Source: the human T2T-CHM13v2.0 reference genome, Homo sapiens
Length of the DNA: 64,000 nt
Direction: 5' to 3' (one strand)
Assembly: GCF_009914755.1 (NCBI RefSeq)
Contig: NC_060925.1
The notes under the pieces are model-generated. The model worked only from the letters and a program-made list of their open reading frames with translations. It ran no database searches and was not told the DNA's origin. The position numbers and the translations under genes are program-made. Shown here one piece after another: positions 1 through 28,309 of this stretch. Within the stretch, counting starts at the first letter, position 1; every line of letters begins with the position of its first letter.

Positions 1-610
1 TAAAAGACTTTGCATCTTGGTTTTGGGACCAGAGTCACATCAATTCCAAGCACAGCAGGCAGGCTCCAAGCCTATTGCCAAGGGGAGGCTGACAGAAGCA
101 AGGCCGTCTCTATGTAGGAGACAAGCACACAAGGGGAAGCCAATATTTCAGCCCTGGAGGGGCGAGTGTTGGCTCCAAGGTGACGGATGGCAGATTCCAC
201 AGCTGCTAAACACCACAGAGCCGGGTAGAAATTGCACCTGCTGCTTGGAGATGGCACTTTGCATATTTCAGTTGGACCTTCATTCTCCCCTTCTTTTGCC
301 ATTGAAGCCAGTGATCAGTGGTGGGATCCAGATATTTTAGATTTATGCAAGTGCTCTGTGGTCTCCGGGGAAACTGATGCCAATTCAATTAAACCCATCA
401 CGTGATATTCAGCCTCTATGAGGCACTTGTAACTGAACTAAGTACACTGGAGAAGGGAAGACACAAAATAAGCAAATGATGTCATCTCTAACTTTCAAGA
501 TTATGATACAGATTACAGACAATATAATAAAATTCTGTGATATGCAACAGACACCCAGTAAAAAAGAGTTTGAAAATCTCAATGATATATATGTGAACTA
601 GGCTTATTCA

Positions 611-1198
<588 letters not shown>

Positions 1199-2036
1199 CT
1201 AAATTACTTCACGTCTCTGAGGCTCTGTTTCCTCATCTGTGAAAGAGGCGAAAACCATACCTCATAGTACTGCAGTGAGAATTAAATGAAATAAAGGCTG
1301 CCAGGGTAGCCCATTGTCTGCCACACTGTGATTACTCTAGCAGTAACACAGCCCAGGAGTGAAAGAGGGATGAGAAGGAGGCCAGTTTAAGATGCAGCAC
1401 TTCTGAAAATATAGAGACTTGTGTTCAAGAGCTCACTTGGTGATCAGTTCATCGGGTGGCAGTGGGCAATTCACATCACCTCTCTGGGGATCAGTTTCTC
1501 ATTCTGGAAAATACAGGATTAGTCTTATAGGATTAGCCTATAGGGAAGTGTCCTTTTCAGCTTCAACCTTCCGAGATTCTTCAAGTTGATGTCATCATCC
1601 CTGGAATTCTCCCCTCCAGCCAGGTGTCGATAGGGTTACTGGGGGAATCATTGAAATCTTTCTGAAATTGCAAGACTTCACTCATCTCCTGACTCTAATG
1701 AGAATTTAGTTCTGTTTTCCTGAGGGGAAGAAAACACTGCAGTCTTTCCTAATCTCCTCACATTCTGCTGTGTGACCAGGCAAGCATTATTATTACTATT
1801 CTTTGCTGTCTCTGCATATTATTAAACTGATGCCAAATTCAACTTGGCATTTCCAAAAAAAGAGTTTCTGAAATGCAGACTGCTTTGGGATGTAAGATTT
1901 TTATGCAAATACAAAACATTAATATATTTCAAAACTTGAAGCACTTTGCTCTCCAGGAGAGAAAGAAGCTTATTTTCAGATGCTCAATTCAGCGTTTACT
2001 TAATAAGTGTTTAAAGTTGTAAGGCAGATTCTTTAA

Positions 2037-2488
2037 CTCCTCCCTTTAGCTTTTTCTCTTTCTTTCTTTCTTTCTCTTTCTTTCTCTTTCTCTCTCTCCT
2101 TCCTTCCTTCCCTCCCTTTCTCTCCTTCCTTCCCTCCCTTTCTTTCCTTCCTTCCTTCCTTCCTTCCTTCCTTTTCTTTCTTTCTTTTTCTTTCTTTCAT
2201 TCTTTCTCTCAACATTTTCGCTCTTGTTGCTCAGGCTGGAGTGCAATGGCGTGATCTTGGCTCACTGCAACCTCCGTCTCTGGGGTTCAAGTGATTCTCC
2301 CACCTCAGCCTCCTGAGTAGCTGGGATTACAGGTATGAGCCACCACGCCTGGCTAATTTTTGTATTTTTAGTAGAGACAGGGTTTCAACATGTTAGCCAG
2401 GCTGGTTTTGAAATCCTGATCTCAGGTACTCTGCCCGCCTCAGACTCCTAAAGTGCTGGGATTACAGGCGTGAGCCACCATGCCGGCC
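2037..2488 (-). mobile_element. AluS whose tail is expanded into CT/CCTT/CTTT microsatellite (2037-2210)
   Basis: Antisense Alu body 2212-2488 preceded by a polypyrimidine tract. Confidence 0.9.
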
Positions 2489-2930
2489 AGAATTCGCTTT
2501 TTCTAAAAGCTGGTTGTGAGGAGCAAGCTTCCATTTAATGGCCTCAAGGTAAAACTAATTATGGAGTATGGAGGAGGAGGTGCGTAAGAGATGTGGTCCT
2601 ACCTGTTACCATAGCAACTGCATATATTCTTCTTTTCCTCTTCTTCCCCATCAACTCTATGAAATAGCTTTTTGATTTATGTTGCCAAACCTCCAGAAAC
2701 ATTGTGGCATTTTGCCTTGCCAGAAGTAGGTAAACAGAGTCCATAAACCTGGAGAAGACCAACTTTTTTCCTTGAGAAAGTTGGAGAATGGAGCAAAAAT
2801 TAAATTAAGAGAAAACAGGAAATTTTATGTGTCCCCTGAGATTCTGTCAAAAGATTGATGCTCATCACCAACTCATACAGCTGGATGCAATGTGTGAGTG
2901 CAGAGGGGAAATGGAGGGAGGTTTGCATAA

Positions 2931-3699
<769 letters not shown>

Positions 3700-4777
3700 A
3701 TTTAGCTGATTTTGAAAATAATATATAGTCATTATAGAAGACTTCTGTGAAATAGAAAAACAAAAAGAAAAAGGCACTGTGTAATCCCGACATCTCGAAA
3801 TAACATTTCATTGATAGACTTCTGATATAACATAGGCATATATTTCAAATTATGATTATATAACAGTTAGATATAACCCATATATTTAATATAGATTTAA
3901 ATTTACATTATTTTTCTTTCTTTCTTTCTTTTCTTTTTCTTTCTCTCTCTCTCTCTCTCCTCCCTCCCTTCCTCCCTCCCTCCCTTCACTTCCTTTTGTA
4001 TACAAATATTTTCATTTTTTTCTCATTGTATTATGACGTGATTTTCAGTAAAATATTAAGGTAGTAATATCAAGAACTCTTGTATTCTTCCTTATGCACT
4101 TAGGTTGGCTCTATTGCTTTTACTATTCCATGTGAGCTTGGCTATTATTTAATTTCTTAATGCTTTATCATATTAAGAAAATATGCTTTTGTTATGGTTT
4201 ATGAAGATATATTTTAGAATTATGAATAGATATTGAATTTAATCTAAAGAGTTTTTTCATCTTTCAAAGTGAGCATATGATTTGTCTGCTTTGATTTATT
4301 GATGTGATGGGAAATAGGCATATATTAAATAATATTGAACCATCGTTGTGTTTTTCATTAAATTATACTCACATTTTTATTATAGTACCTAAGAATCCTG
4401 ATGTTTGCAGCTATGTTCATAAAGAATGCACAGTTCTCAAACATTGTAATAAAGTTAAAATGCCTTTTGCTCCTGCTGTATTAAGTGAAAGAAAAGCAGA
4501 TTGCAGGATGATTTATCTATTTATTATATGATCCCACTTTCCTTTTTGAAAAATCCCTATAACATGAATATACGTACATAAATCTAGGAAAAAGTAGGGA
4601 AGGATGCATATCAAACCATTAACTTTGCTTGCCAAGAGAGAACTAGAAAGTAGAAGGGGGACTATATTCATGTATTTCATATACTTCTATATTGTTTGAA
4701 TTGAATGAATATGTGACTTTGTGTATTACTTCTATAATAAAAAAGCACAACATATTCATTTAAGAAGGATAAAATTA

Positions 4778-5144
<367 letters not shown>

Positions 5145-7097
5145 TCAGTTCTATTCTGACACTTCTTGCTAAAAAAATATTTAAAATAAAGCTTATTTTC
5201 CTTCAATCCAAACCTCTAAGATAGGTGGTATTACCATCGTTTTACAAGTCAAAAAAATGAATCGTTCCCTGTGTCTCCAGCCATAGATGTTGCTGGCATT
5301 TGTGTTCAAGGTTTTCCCATTGCAAATGCACTTTCTGCCATTCCACACCACCTAGACAGTCCTGCTGTGTTTCTCTCCACCATATGTAAGCCAGATTTTG
5401 TTTCTATTAACTTTCTATGACTATCTTAGGTCTTTCTCTTTTATCTGTCTTTGACACCATGGTCTAATGGTTTCAATCAAACAATCACATCCAGCACAAT
5501 TTTATGGATAAAGGACAGAAAATTAGTCATCCTCTGCCTTCAGGACACACAGAAAAGCAGAATATCTGTCCACATAACAATAACTAAATTATAAGGGGTT
5601 TTCATATTCGTCCTCTCTTACCTATCCCTGTTTTCTGAGACAGAAGCGATAACTCTAAACTATGAGGGATTTCCATTCTTTCCCCAGACCCCCTGCTCAC
5701 TCTTTCCCCTACTCCATAACTCCCAGGCTTTCCAGTGTGACCCTCCTTAATTGCTTTGACCTCACAATACCCCTCATTTGTTCTCTGGAGTATTGCCTTA
5801 GATCTGTGGATCACTTTGATTACTTCCACATCTGGGATTCGTCACATGCTTGTGTTAACCATGACCACGTGCAGAATTACCCAGCAGGATTTAGGAGACA
5901 GTCAGAAGAATCATCCCTACTAAGAACAACATCTGGAAGGAATTAAGAGAAGATACTTTCTATTGAGAATCCTTTGGAAATATATTTATGATGTAGAGAC
6001 AGGCAGACAGTAGTGCCCAGGCAGAAGCGGATGTCCTTTCTCTCCGGAAGGCTGAGGAAGAGTGATACATCTTCAGAAGATTCGCGAATTAATTATGCTC
6101 CATAAACATAAATGCCTGGCAAGTTCACTAATAAACAAGGGATTTTCTCACAGTCTTGTTTAGAAGCAGGCGTCGTCTCCAACAGAAACGAACTTTTCTG
6201 ATGCCATGTGTGTGAACAAATAAAGATTTTATAAAAAGGAGAGGGGAAGTGGGCCGCGTTTTCTTTAGTTGGATCATTGAATGTCTCCAACTATTTTTCC
6301 AAAGCTTTGGGTTTGGCAAAAGCCAAAATTAGCTTTGCCAAATATTTTTCCCTTAATTTTTAAATCCCTGTGCATTAACGAAAATGTAATCCGTATGTTT
6401 CTGATTCATTTACACTTAACTCATCAAAATTTTGTTTGTTAGAGTCATTTGGCCCTCTCAACAAGACGTAGGAGTCCTCTTTGCAGCACACAAATACTTA
6501 ACACGTAGATTACATGAGCACACACACACATTTTTGGTTCTTTAGACTCCAGAGTCACTTTCTCTCTCTAAACCCAGATCCAAGTGGCTATGTGTTAGTA
6601 AATCGTGAGCATCTAATTGCATTTAGTTACACAATTACATTTAGACTTAAATAAATAAATGACTATGCAATTACAACACATACACTTCTTTGTATGATTT
6701 GGAATGAATCATTTCAGGCTTCCCTGCAATGGGTGCATATCTTGACTATGGGTGATCGTCTCCTTTAAGGAGTTGATGTCAGCCAGTTTAGTTTTCTATG
6801 GTACTTCAGTGCAATATACAATAAATATTGCATTAATTTCTAAACATTGAATTACAATCAGTTCAGAGGAGACCAATGATGATGATAAAGATGTAAGGAA
6901 AGGCAGACATGAGCATCTCTGTGGAGACTGGGTTGGAGGGAAGACGGGTTGTGTACATAAAGGCATAGAATTTGGGGAGGTTGTGGGAAGGTTTTGTTAT
7001 CTTCTCAATGCCTGAGCATGAAGAAATGATTTGCTTGCAGCCCTAGATCATGGTAAACATTTCAGTAGAATTCCTAACATTAAGAGTTGGAAAATAG

Positions 7098-8255
<1,158 letters not shown>

Positions 8256-8939
8256 CCCACGGCAACCACGAGAGATTTGGTGAGCTCGACTGTCATGTTT
8301 TGCAAATCCATATTGGAAGAAATAGTCTGTGATGGGTGACAGCATCTTTTACAAAAGGACATGTCTTTCCTATTGTTAACATGACGTCATCATTTGTTTT
8401 CCCTCACTTCTTCACGGTTACTAGTTTTCTCTTCTCACGGAAATATCAGTGGTTTAATTGTAATTTTCTAATTTGACAGCAGGTAATCTTCCTTCCCGAA
8501 GCTGCCTTTTCACTGTAGACGATTTTGTCAGACTAACAGATTTTACTTTTTTGAACGTTTGTAAGTTTTTCTAGGTATTTATTTCCAAATGAAATTATGC
8601 CAGTTTAATTTTGCTTAGGATGAGATACTATTTATATCTCTCTTCCAAAGCTTTGAAACAGAGTATGACATAATGGGCTTTATAAAAGGAATACATTTAA
8701 TAGCCAATTAGATTAACTATCAAATCTGTTTCTGGGGGAAAAAAAAGAAATCTGATAGTGGTTTGATTTCACCAAACTACTTTGTATATTTTGATTTTCT
8801 TTAAAAAATCCTATTTCCTGAAGCTTAAGTTTTTCAAGTTTTTTTCCTCCTTTTAATGGAAACCACTATTTTCAAGGGAAATGGAATTAAAGAAAGATGA
8901 TATTTTCTCACTCAGTGGAAACTTGTATTATGTGAGTAA

Positions 8940-9441
<502 letters not shown>

Positions 9442-10217
9442 CAGCCTTTGTTTCTGATCTCCCACTTTTGCTCATCCCCAGTTGAGACAGCTATTTCCCC
9501 GCTCGCCACACACCCGATGGCCTCAGGCAGCGTGGCTGGGCAGTGGAACCTGCAATTTCTTCCTCTGCTTTTCCAACAGCAAGTATCTGCTTACCCTATG
9601 AAGACTGGCTCGAAAAGTCTCACAAGACTTCTTTTCTCGCCATTCAGAACGGTTCACTTGTTCTTTCATGATAAACAACCATCACATCAGCTACTATTTA
9701 CAGAGTGCTCGGCGCACACCAGCAATTGACGAAGTGGATAATTAATGTTCACCCTCTAATGGTCAAACACAACATATTTGTTAAATATATTTAAAATGGA
9801 ACTATTTATGTCTGGATCTGTTTCCTCTAATGGATTTTGAACTCCCTGTAATCAGGGATGATACTTAATTCAAGGTCGTATACTGTGTTCTACTACATTG
9901 ATATACTATCTATTTTATATACTTACCAAATATTAATTAAGTTTAGTTGTCATTATAAAACATACAGCAAGTAAGTATTGAGATATTATCCTTTCAAAGT
10001 AGGGAAATTCATTCATAAGTCCAAGACAGATTGATTCAACTTCACACATTTATAATGTAGTAAACATTGGGTTCCATTGTTTCATTGAAGAATGCTTGAC
10101 ACTTTTTTGTGGCTCATACTTTCAGGAAATATTAGTTGAGCACTTAACTAGGTGCCAGGCACTGTTTCAGGTGCAAGAGAAACAGAGCAGAAGAACCCTT
10201 TGGCTTCATGGATTTTA

Positions 10218-10547
<330 letters not shown>

Positions 10548-10815
10548 TTAACAATTGGACAATAAATAAATTCTATAGCATATGATAGTTCTTGTAGAGA
10601 AAAAACAGGGAAAGAAGGAAATTAAATGCAAGGGCAGAGGGCAGGGGCCCGCTGTGCAGCAGACAAGGAAGGCCTCACTAATAAGGGGGATACTTGAGTA
10701 GAAGCATGGAGGGGCGGCTGTCCTAGCATCTGAGGGCAACTCTTCCAGGCATAAGCACTGTTACAGTTGTAAGGTGAGAATATGCCTTCTGAGAAGGAGG
10801 AAGGAGAGAAGAGGA

Positions 10816-11887
<1,072 letters not shown>

Positions 11888-13011
11888 AGGTACAGAACAG
11901 TGGTTGCTGAGATCAGAGAGGACAGAGCCGAATCCCATAGAGATTTTTGATAGAATGTGAAGATGGACGGATGTGAACAGGGCAAAGATAGCATGCTCTG
12001 ACACTTTTTAAAAGAATCACCTTGGAAGGTGTGTGGAGAACAGACCGATGCGGAAGGAGGAGTAAGCTGGGAGATCACATAGGAAGCTCATGCAATCTTC
12101 CCTGGGAGAGAAACAGATGCCTGCAGTGGGGAATTGGACTGGAGATGGTGAGAAGTGGTCCAGTTCTGGGTTTGTTTTGGAATTTGAGTCAATAGGATTT
12201 AGGATATATTGGAAAGTATGGATCGGGTGCGAAAAGGAGGAAGCAAAGATGGCTCCAAACTTCTGGGCTCTGAATGCTGGTGTTGCAATGTACTGAGATG
12301 GAGAAGACTGCAGAAGAAGGAGGCAGGCTGTGGGGAGAGTTGTCAAGGTCATAAGCCCAAGGCTGGCCAAGGTCAAGGCCTTGATTTGGCTGATCTTCCT
12401 GGTAAAGATACGGTGACACACTTTTGCACAGCTTGTTACATACACAGGTAGTGAACAGAGGAGTAAGTGAAAGAGACCAGTTCCCTCTGATTCTTGTCTC
12501 ACACACCAAAATAATGATCTGAAACAAAAAGGGCTCAGTGACGGCAGCAGGAATGCTGCCTCCTTGTTGCTGAGGAGCCAATTCTTGACTATAGTACAGT
12601 AGCCTCTGCGGCTCTCTACTGAGGGTGGTTGTCAGGACGCCCCACATTTCATTAGAACTAGAGAGCCGATAAGAATTTATCTCCCGATAGCATCCAAGGG
12701 AAGACAAGGAGGCAAGTGAGGGATGGTCTCATAGCTGTAACTTGTAGACCTTCCATCCTCGTGTGTTCTGGGGAAATCACAAGGCATCTGCCAAAACTCA
12801 GATTTAGCTGTGGTTTAAGCCTTCGCCTAAATGATGGATTCTGATAACTGCAAGGTCAACATGGTGCAGGTGTTGCCCTATGGGAATCAAGAGTATGGAT
12901 TTTGGCTATGTTAGACATCCACATAGATGGCTGAGATTGGGATTTAGGGCTGGGAGTCTGTCTGGGGAGTTTAACCAGGAATTCATATATTTGACTGTTA
13001 TTGGATATAAA

Positions 13012-13666
<655 letters not shown>

Positions 13667-14307
13667 TTACTTTCCTTATCAAAGGATATAAAACAGGATA
13701 AGACTCAAGCTGCCTTGATTCTGCAAATCTTAAATATTAGCTAGCAAAAATAGGAATTAAAAAAACTTAGAATGTATAAAATGAAGCATGAAGAAGGAGA
13801 CACAAGGTAAAAAAAAAAATGTGTTAAGGTCCTTTGCAGAAAGCAGAGAAAACTGGGGAGAAGTGGGAAAATAAATAAGACAAACCATCTACAAAGATCC
13901 AGACCATCTCATTTATACTGTACTGTCATTGTAAAGGGGAAAAAGGGATTACACCACAAGGGACTTTTTCAATTTATCTTGCTTTCTTCAAAGTATCTTT
14001 TACCAGCATTTAGTCAGGGCCAGGGTCAGACATGCATGCCCCAAGAATAAAGGAATATCCCTGGTACTTTAAAAGAATGAAAATCATTTTTAAAAAATCT
14101 CCAAGGAAGACAAATACATCTGAAGAAATATATTTTATACATCTATTCCCCTCTCCTGAAAAGTTATTAGAGTGAAAAACTTCGGCCCCTGAGGTTTTAA
14201 TTCCTATTCCCCACCCAAGTTGGAAGATAAATGGTGATTGGAGTTGAAAACCTTCTCAACTATAGCTCTTCTGAGAGAGCATATGGACACAGAAAGTTCA
14301 GAGAGGT

Positions 14308-14661
<354 letters not shown>

Positions 14662-14999
14662 CTATAATCCCGTTCACCCACTTTAGGCATAAAATGAAAC
14701 CTGCATCTACTTACATGGGTATTTTTAAAGGGTCAGCCCTGGGCGTTGCCCATCTTATTGGAGCAATGTCAGTGCTTTCACTGCTGTGGCTGTTGTTGCC
14801 ATGCAGTCCTGCTGTTGAAACCATCCCTGGCAGGCTGGCGGAGTCATCGTCCCCCAGGTTAGGCCGCAGGTGACCTAATTACGATGCCATCAAGACTTGG
14901 GTGCAGAGGCCCGACTGCAGCTGAAAGCCCTGGGTGTGTTCTGACACTACTGGGCCAGCAATCAATTCTCAGCATGTGGTGGATTAAGAAGCCCCTTCC

Positions 15000-15364
<365 letters not shown>

Positions 15365-15699
15365 TTAGCATATCCGGTTACCCAGCTCTTTTAGCACATA
15401 GATTTCAGCTTTGTCTACAATGTACCACCCTGAGAGTCAGGTGGCCCCCCAGAACCAAGAATCCAGCTCTTGAGTGAAGCAACATCCAGGCTTTAGACAA
15501 GAGAGGAAATCTGATCCCGGGCCTGCCCATTTCCTGCTCGACAGTTCTTTTAAGGACAAGCGGTCCATTGTTTAATGGCCAATGACTGTTGTAAGCAGTG
15601 AGAGCATGCCAGCTTTATGAATTTCTGTGTACCCACCCGCCCCCCAGCACCTCATTCATGTACATCACCATCCACTTTCTTCCTTGTTTTCATGCATAG

Positions 15700-19063
<3,364 letters not shown>

Positions 19064-19454
19064 CTAACTTTGTGTCTTAGACATCAAGGTTCTTGGAATA
19101 AAAGGTCTCTTTTCCTTTAATTGCACGGGGACTCTGAAGCTGGGCAGTAGGGATGTAAATTTGGAATTCTTAATCTGGTTCAAGAATCGGGTCTCAAAGT
19201 ATTACTTACATAATTGCCTATGCTTAGCGACTTCAGTACCTAGTTCAGAAAATCATTTAAATATGGACCCCCTCCACCAGTAACACGGAGACTAGCCTTA
19301 TTAAGAGGATGGTATCTTCAGTTTCCCATTTGCTTAAACGATGGCACTTCAATGCTGACGCCCTATGAATTTGAGCAATTTAAATAAATTGCAATATTCT
19401 ACCAAATTAATCAAATTACTGCATGTAGAACATTGTTACTATTTGTTTGCCATC

Positions 19455-20662
19455 TGAATTGGTTCATTTTATGTGTCAACTGACTGGGCCAGGAGATGCC
19501 CAGGTAAAACGTCATTCTGGATGTGTCTGTGAGGATGTTTTGGATGAGATTAACATTTAAATTGGCAGACTCAGTGAAGCAGATTGCTCTCCCTGATGCG
19601 AGAGGACCTCATCCAGTCAGTTGAAGGTCTGAGTAGAACAGAATTGCTGGTCATCCCCTGAGTGAGAGGGAATTCTTCCTGCCTGACGGCTATTGAACTG
19701 GGACATCAACTTTCTTCTTGTGGCTTGGGAATGAAACTGAAAACATCCATTCTTCCTGGAGTCTTGAGCCTTTGAGCTGGAATTTTATCATCAGCTTTTC
19801 TGATTCTCAAGTGTTCAGACTCAGACTGGAACTATACTATTGGTTTTTCTGGTCTCCAGCTGGCTGACTCACCCTGCAGATCTTAGGACTTGTCAGCCTC
19901 TGTAATCATGTGAACAAATTCTTTTTTTTAAATTATTTCTTTAATTTTTTATTTCCAAAGGTTATTGGGGAACAGGTGGTGTTTGGTTACATAAGTTCTT
20001 TAGTGGTGATTTATGAGATTTTGGTGTACCCATCACCTGAGCAGTATACACTGCACCCAATTTGTAGTCTTTTATCTCTCACCCCCTTCCCACCATTTCC
20101 TCCTGAGTTCCCAAAGCCCACTGTGTCATTCTTATGCCTTTGCATCCTCATAGCTTAGCTCCCACTTATGAGTGAGAACATATGATGTTTGGTTTTCCAT
20201 TCCCGAGTTACTTCACTTGGAATCATAATCTCCAGTCTCAACTAGGTTGCTGCAAATGCCATTAATTAATTCCTTTTTATGGCTGAGTAGTATTCCACCG
20301 TGTATACATACCACAGTTTCTTTATCCACGCATTGATTGATGGGCATTTGGGTTGGTTCCATTATTTTGCAGTTGCAAATTGTGCTGCTATAAACATGCA
20401 TGTGCAAGTATACTTTTTCATATAATGACTTATTTTCCTCTGGGTAGATACCCAGTAGTGGGATTGCTGGATCCAATGGTAGTTCTACTTTTAGTTCTTT
20501 AAGGAATCTCCATGCTGTTTTCCATAGTGGTACTAGTTTACATTCCCACCAGCAGTGTAGAAGTCATGGGAACAAATTCTTTAAAATAAATTTCTTTATA
20601 GATGCACATTCCTATTGGTTCTGGTTTTTTGTTTTCCCTGGAGGGGCCTGACTAATAATACA
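19455..20662 (+). mobile_element. MLT2 (ERVL) LTR split by an L1PB insertion
   Basis: ttttatgtgtcaactgactgggcc...ggatgagattaacatttaaattggcagact...cctgactaataataca. Confidence 0.8.
19921..20563 (-). mobile_element. L1PB1-like 3' end, 5'-truncated
   Basis: ttattggggaacaggtggtgtttggttacat..., ORF2 C-terminal [11 protein letters not shown] motif, TSD tcatg(t/g)gaacaaattcttt at 19906 and 20564. Confidence 0.85.
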
Positions 20663-21275
20663 CCATCTGGCATTTACTTTTTCTTCTTAACAGTAACCTA
20701 GTCTCTTTTTTGGAAATTACCTCACCCATAATACATGCAGTCAATCACAGTGGGACTTCAGGTGCCTGCAATCCTATTACCAAGACTAAACTGGATGCTT
20801 TTTTCATTAGATAATTGTAAAGGTAAAAACGTTAACAAGATGAAAAATAATACCTACAAAACCCTGACTCTGGGCCAGGCACTGTTCTGTATTATTTGTA
20901 TTCACTCTTTTAATCACACAGCAACCATTATGCTCATTTTTTAAAAAGTGAAACTGAGACACAGGAAGTGAGATGCTAATGGTGGGGCCAGGATTTGAGC
21001 CGTAAACATTCTGACTGCAGAGATTGTGAAGAACCAAATAAGAGTCTTGGATTTTTACCCAGAACACAGCTAGAAGCCATGAAGAGGTTTATTTTAGGAA
21101 CCTCGTATAATCAGATTAGGTATTTTTTGAAACCTCCCATCTATATTTATGTGGCTATGTTCACCTGAAGAGGTGGCCCAGAAGCAGTGAAGGCAGCCCA
21201 GACAAGAAATATTATATTCACTGCTTCTGGGCAGCCTTCGCTGGTCAACATATCCAGATACAATAGGAGTTGGAT

Positions 21276-24393
<3,118 letters not shown>

Positions 24394-26289
24394 CTAAGAA
24401 ACTCTGCCCTACCAAGCTCTTGATAACATATTTGGTGGGAAAACGAGGACATCAAAGAGTCTGGGTTGCAAAATAATTCTGAAGAATTGGATTCTGAATG
24501 AGAGGAAACTTTTGGAAACCTTTCATTTGTATCTCTCATATTTTCCTTTTTAATGAGTATGCAAGAATGAAATATGACAGAATTGTTTAAATATGTTCTA
24601 AAAAAGCTCTTTCAATAAGGCTAAGATAAAAATTCTGAATAATACAAAGGCACTGTGTTGGTTTAATTGGCAGTGGTTTGGGGACTTTTATCCCCCTTTT
24701 TTATCATGGTGCATGATATAATGGTTGATTTATGTTGATGCATCTTTGATGTGATGAAAAACAGAAGCATTCCAATGAGTCATTTCTCTCTCCATGGTAC
24801 AAAGGCATTTGGTCTTACTTTTATTTTGTATTTTCTTTGCTTTAGAAAAAAGCTGGGGCTCAGAATATAAGATCCAGATTAGCAGTTAAACAAATGGCTC
24901 TTTAAAGTATTACCAACCCATGAACAAGTGATCTTGGAGATTCAAATGCAGCTCGGGATTACTTAGAGCTTTTTAACTTATTAGCTAGGGCCAGGTTTCA
25001 GGAGGCCACTGAATCTGGCAAACATGAGCATGTAGAGATGCTTCCATGGGTCCCAAAGAAGTCTTGTATACTTGGAGTTGCAGTTAACTTCAGATCCTTA
25101 AAAGCAGGAAGCATGATCATACTCTCGAGATTGATTGATGCATTTTAAAGTTATACAGGTGTTCCACAGCAGGTAAGTAGTTTCAAAACCTTCTATGCAG
25201 CATTCAGCGTATTACAAGTTCTTTGCTTGATGCTGGATAGGGAAAGACAAATTAAATAGCAGTCCAAATAGAGAACAGGCACTGAAAATAAATAATAGTG
25301 ATATAGTGCATCTATGATGCTAAGATGAAGGAATGCCAAGAGCTCACTGGGAAGGACTTCCAAGGCCAAAAATATGTGCTAAATCCTCATGATCTATGAG
25401 GAAACAAAGGGAAGTTATTGTTTTAACCAGAAAATAGCAATTTTATTTCAGTAAGTTTTCCTGCACTCTTTAGTTGCCCAAGTTGAATGTTAACTTGCCT
25501 AGTGAAGGTTTTTGCTTTGGTGAGAGTGATTTCCATTTGGAAATGTGTATGTATTTTAAAGAAGCTGGCTGCCCTATGTGAAACATAAGACCTTAAAAAA
25601 TCTATTTCATTTAACCTTGGAAATTAACTAGTCTATAATCTTAAACATCTATTGGATAACAAACAAGCATACTATTTCTTTTAAATGTTAAATTGAGGCC
25701 AATTCATTAAGTTAACTCTTCCCCAGGCATCACCCCAAACTCAGTCTTGTAAATGTGAAGTGGCTGTTAATGTCTGTGAAGTCAAATGCCTAGATAATGC
25801 TAGTTTCCCTATTTGAAGCTGTTCTTTAAATTCTGGGACTCCCATGAAGACCACACACTATTAAAAAAGTGATAATTCTCCTACCCGGATCTGTTCACTA
25901 GGATCTTACTCTTGGAATGCCTCTTGATTTACTGTATCTTATATGTTTCTCTTTCAATTTTTAATTTGTATGAATTAAAAATTGTAATCTGTTTGTATTT
26001 TCTCTCAATATATATTATTTAATTGTTTATAAGGCCTCTAATGAAACTCTTTTAGATCATATACGTACACTTGAGTTCCCTTCTATTTAATTTAGTAGTT
26101 ATTCATACAACAACCATCTATTAAGCATATACCATGGGCAGGGACAGGGTTCAGTGCTATAGAAGGAGCCTTGTCTGAGTAAGGTGAAGAACATGGGCTT
26201 TGGAGTCAGCCATACATTAATTTGAACCCTAACTTCTACCAATTGCTAGCTGTAAGGCTGGATTTACCAAGTAGCTAATAAAGCAAATA

Positions 26290-26900
26290 TTTTCTCCCAC
26301 TCTGACTTATTTTTTTATTCTTTTAACAGTGTCTTTCAAAGGGCAGAAGTTTTTAATTTTGATGAAATGTAATTAACTAATTTGTCCATCTATGGATCAT
26401 GTTTTTGGTGTCATATGTAAGGAATCTTTGCCTAACACAAGGTCATAAACATTTTCTTCTTCGTTTAGTTCTAGATGTCCTATTGTGTTAGTTTTACATT
26501 TAGGTCTACGAACACTTTTGAGTTAATTTTTGTGTTTGGATTGAAGTTTCAGTTTTGTTTTTTTTTCTGGCTCATGAATATCAAATTGTTCTAGCATCAC
26601 TTGCTGAAAAGACTATACTTTCTTCATTGAATTATCATGGTATCTTTGTTAAAAATCAGTTGTCAATGTATGTGAGTCTATTTCTTCCAAACCATGAACA
26701 CGATATATCTCACCATTAAATTAGATCTTCCTGAATTTCTCTGTCACATTTGAAGCTTTCACTGCACAGATTTTTCACATATTTTGTTAAATTTATTCTT
26801 ATTTCATCTTTTTTATGCCATCGTAAATATCGTTGATTTTAACATTCTAGTTTCTGATTATTGCTACTATATAGAAATATAATTAATTTTAGTACAACTT
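26290..26900 (-). mobile_element. Old L1M (L1MB/ME-like) fragment
   Basis: cagaagtttttaattttgatgaaat...ttgctgaaaagactatactttcttcattgaatt. Confidence 0.65.
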
Positions 26901-27677
26901 TTTTGAGTTATAATTCACACATCATAATGTTCAACTTTTAAAGTATAATGAAGATCTAACACTTGTGAAAATTATCAAAATCATTTTTTTTCAAAACTCT
27001 GGAAATTAACCAAAGTCTTGCAACAATGGAAGGGCTTTTCCCTGAGAAGAGGCTCTGCCCAGAGGAGTTTATCACAGGTAGACAGAAAGCAGAGGAATCC
27101 TGGTCCTTGCCTTGAAGCCAAGGTAATATCTGCCGACAGTTTTAGTCTTTGTTTACCCTGATGCTCTTCTTCCCAGAGAAAGAGGAGAGACTAAAGAGAT
27201 CTGTCAGAAGCTGAAATTTCAATGTTCCACATTTTGGACCAATTGAACCTACATAAAAGCTACTGGTACCAATAAGGGAGTGTTGCAAGCTTATAAACCT
27301 GAACTTCAATCCATACCCAACAATTAACTCAAAATAAGTTATAGACCTAAATATACAACCAACACAATAACACTTCTAGAACTAAACATAGAAAAAAATT
27401 CTGTGACCTTGGGTTAGGCAAAGATTTCTCAGGTTTGACAGACATGTCAGTTTAGCTATTGGTAGAACAGACAACTCGGAGTCTGCCATGAAGACCCAAC
27501 TCTTTTATAGACATGCCACAGTGTGTAAATCCCATTTGGACTTAGAGTCTGGACTTACAATATCCTACTCTAGCCTAGGACTTTAGTCTTTTTCTACATT
27601 CTATCATTTCTCTGAAATTCCTGATTGCAGAGAGTTAGTTTATAGGAGCTTTTCCTGGTTAATTTGTTGGCCGCTAA

Positions 27678-28309
<632 letters not shown>

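Noticed and set aside
6311-6452. AT-rich segment with a short inverted repeat (tttggcaaaagc...gctttgccaaa) that looks like a dispersed repeat or small-RNA copy
   Set aside because: I could not assign a family or find clear box motifs or TSDs; it needs a RepeatMasker/Rfam search.
12017-12707. Overlapping 161- and 172-aa minus-strand ORFs
   Set aside because: They overlap degenerate L2/unique sequence, with no recognisable domain or splice structure.
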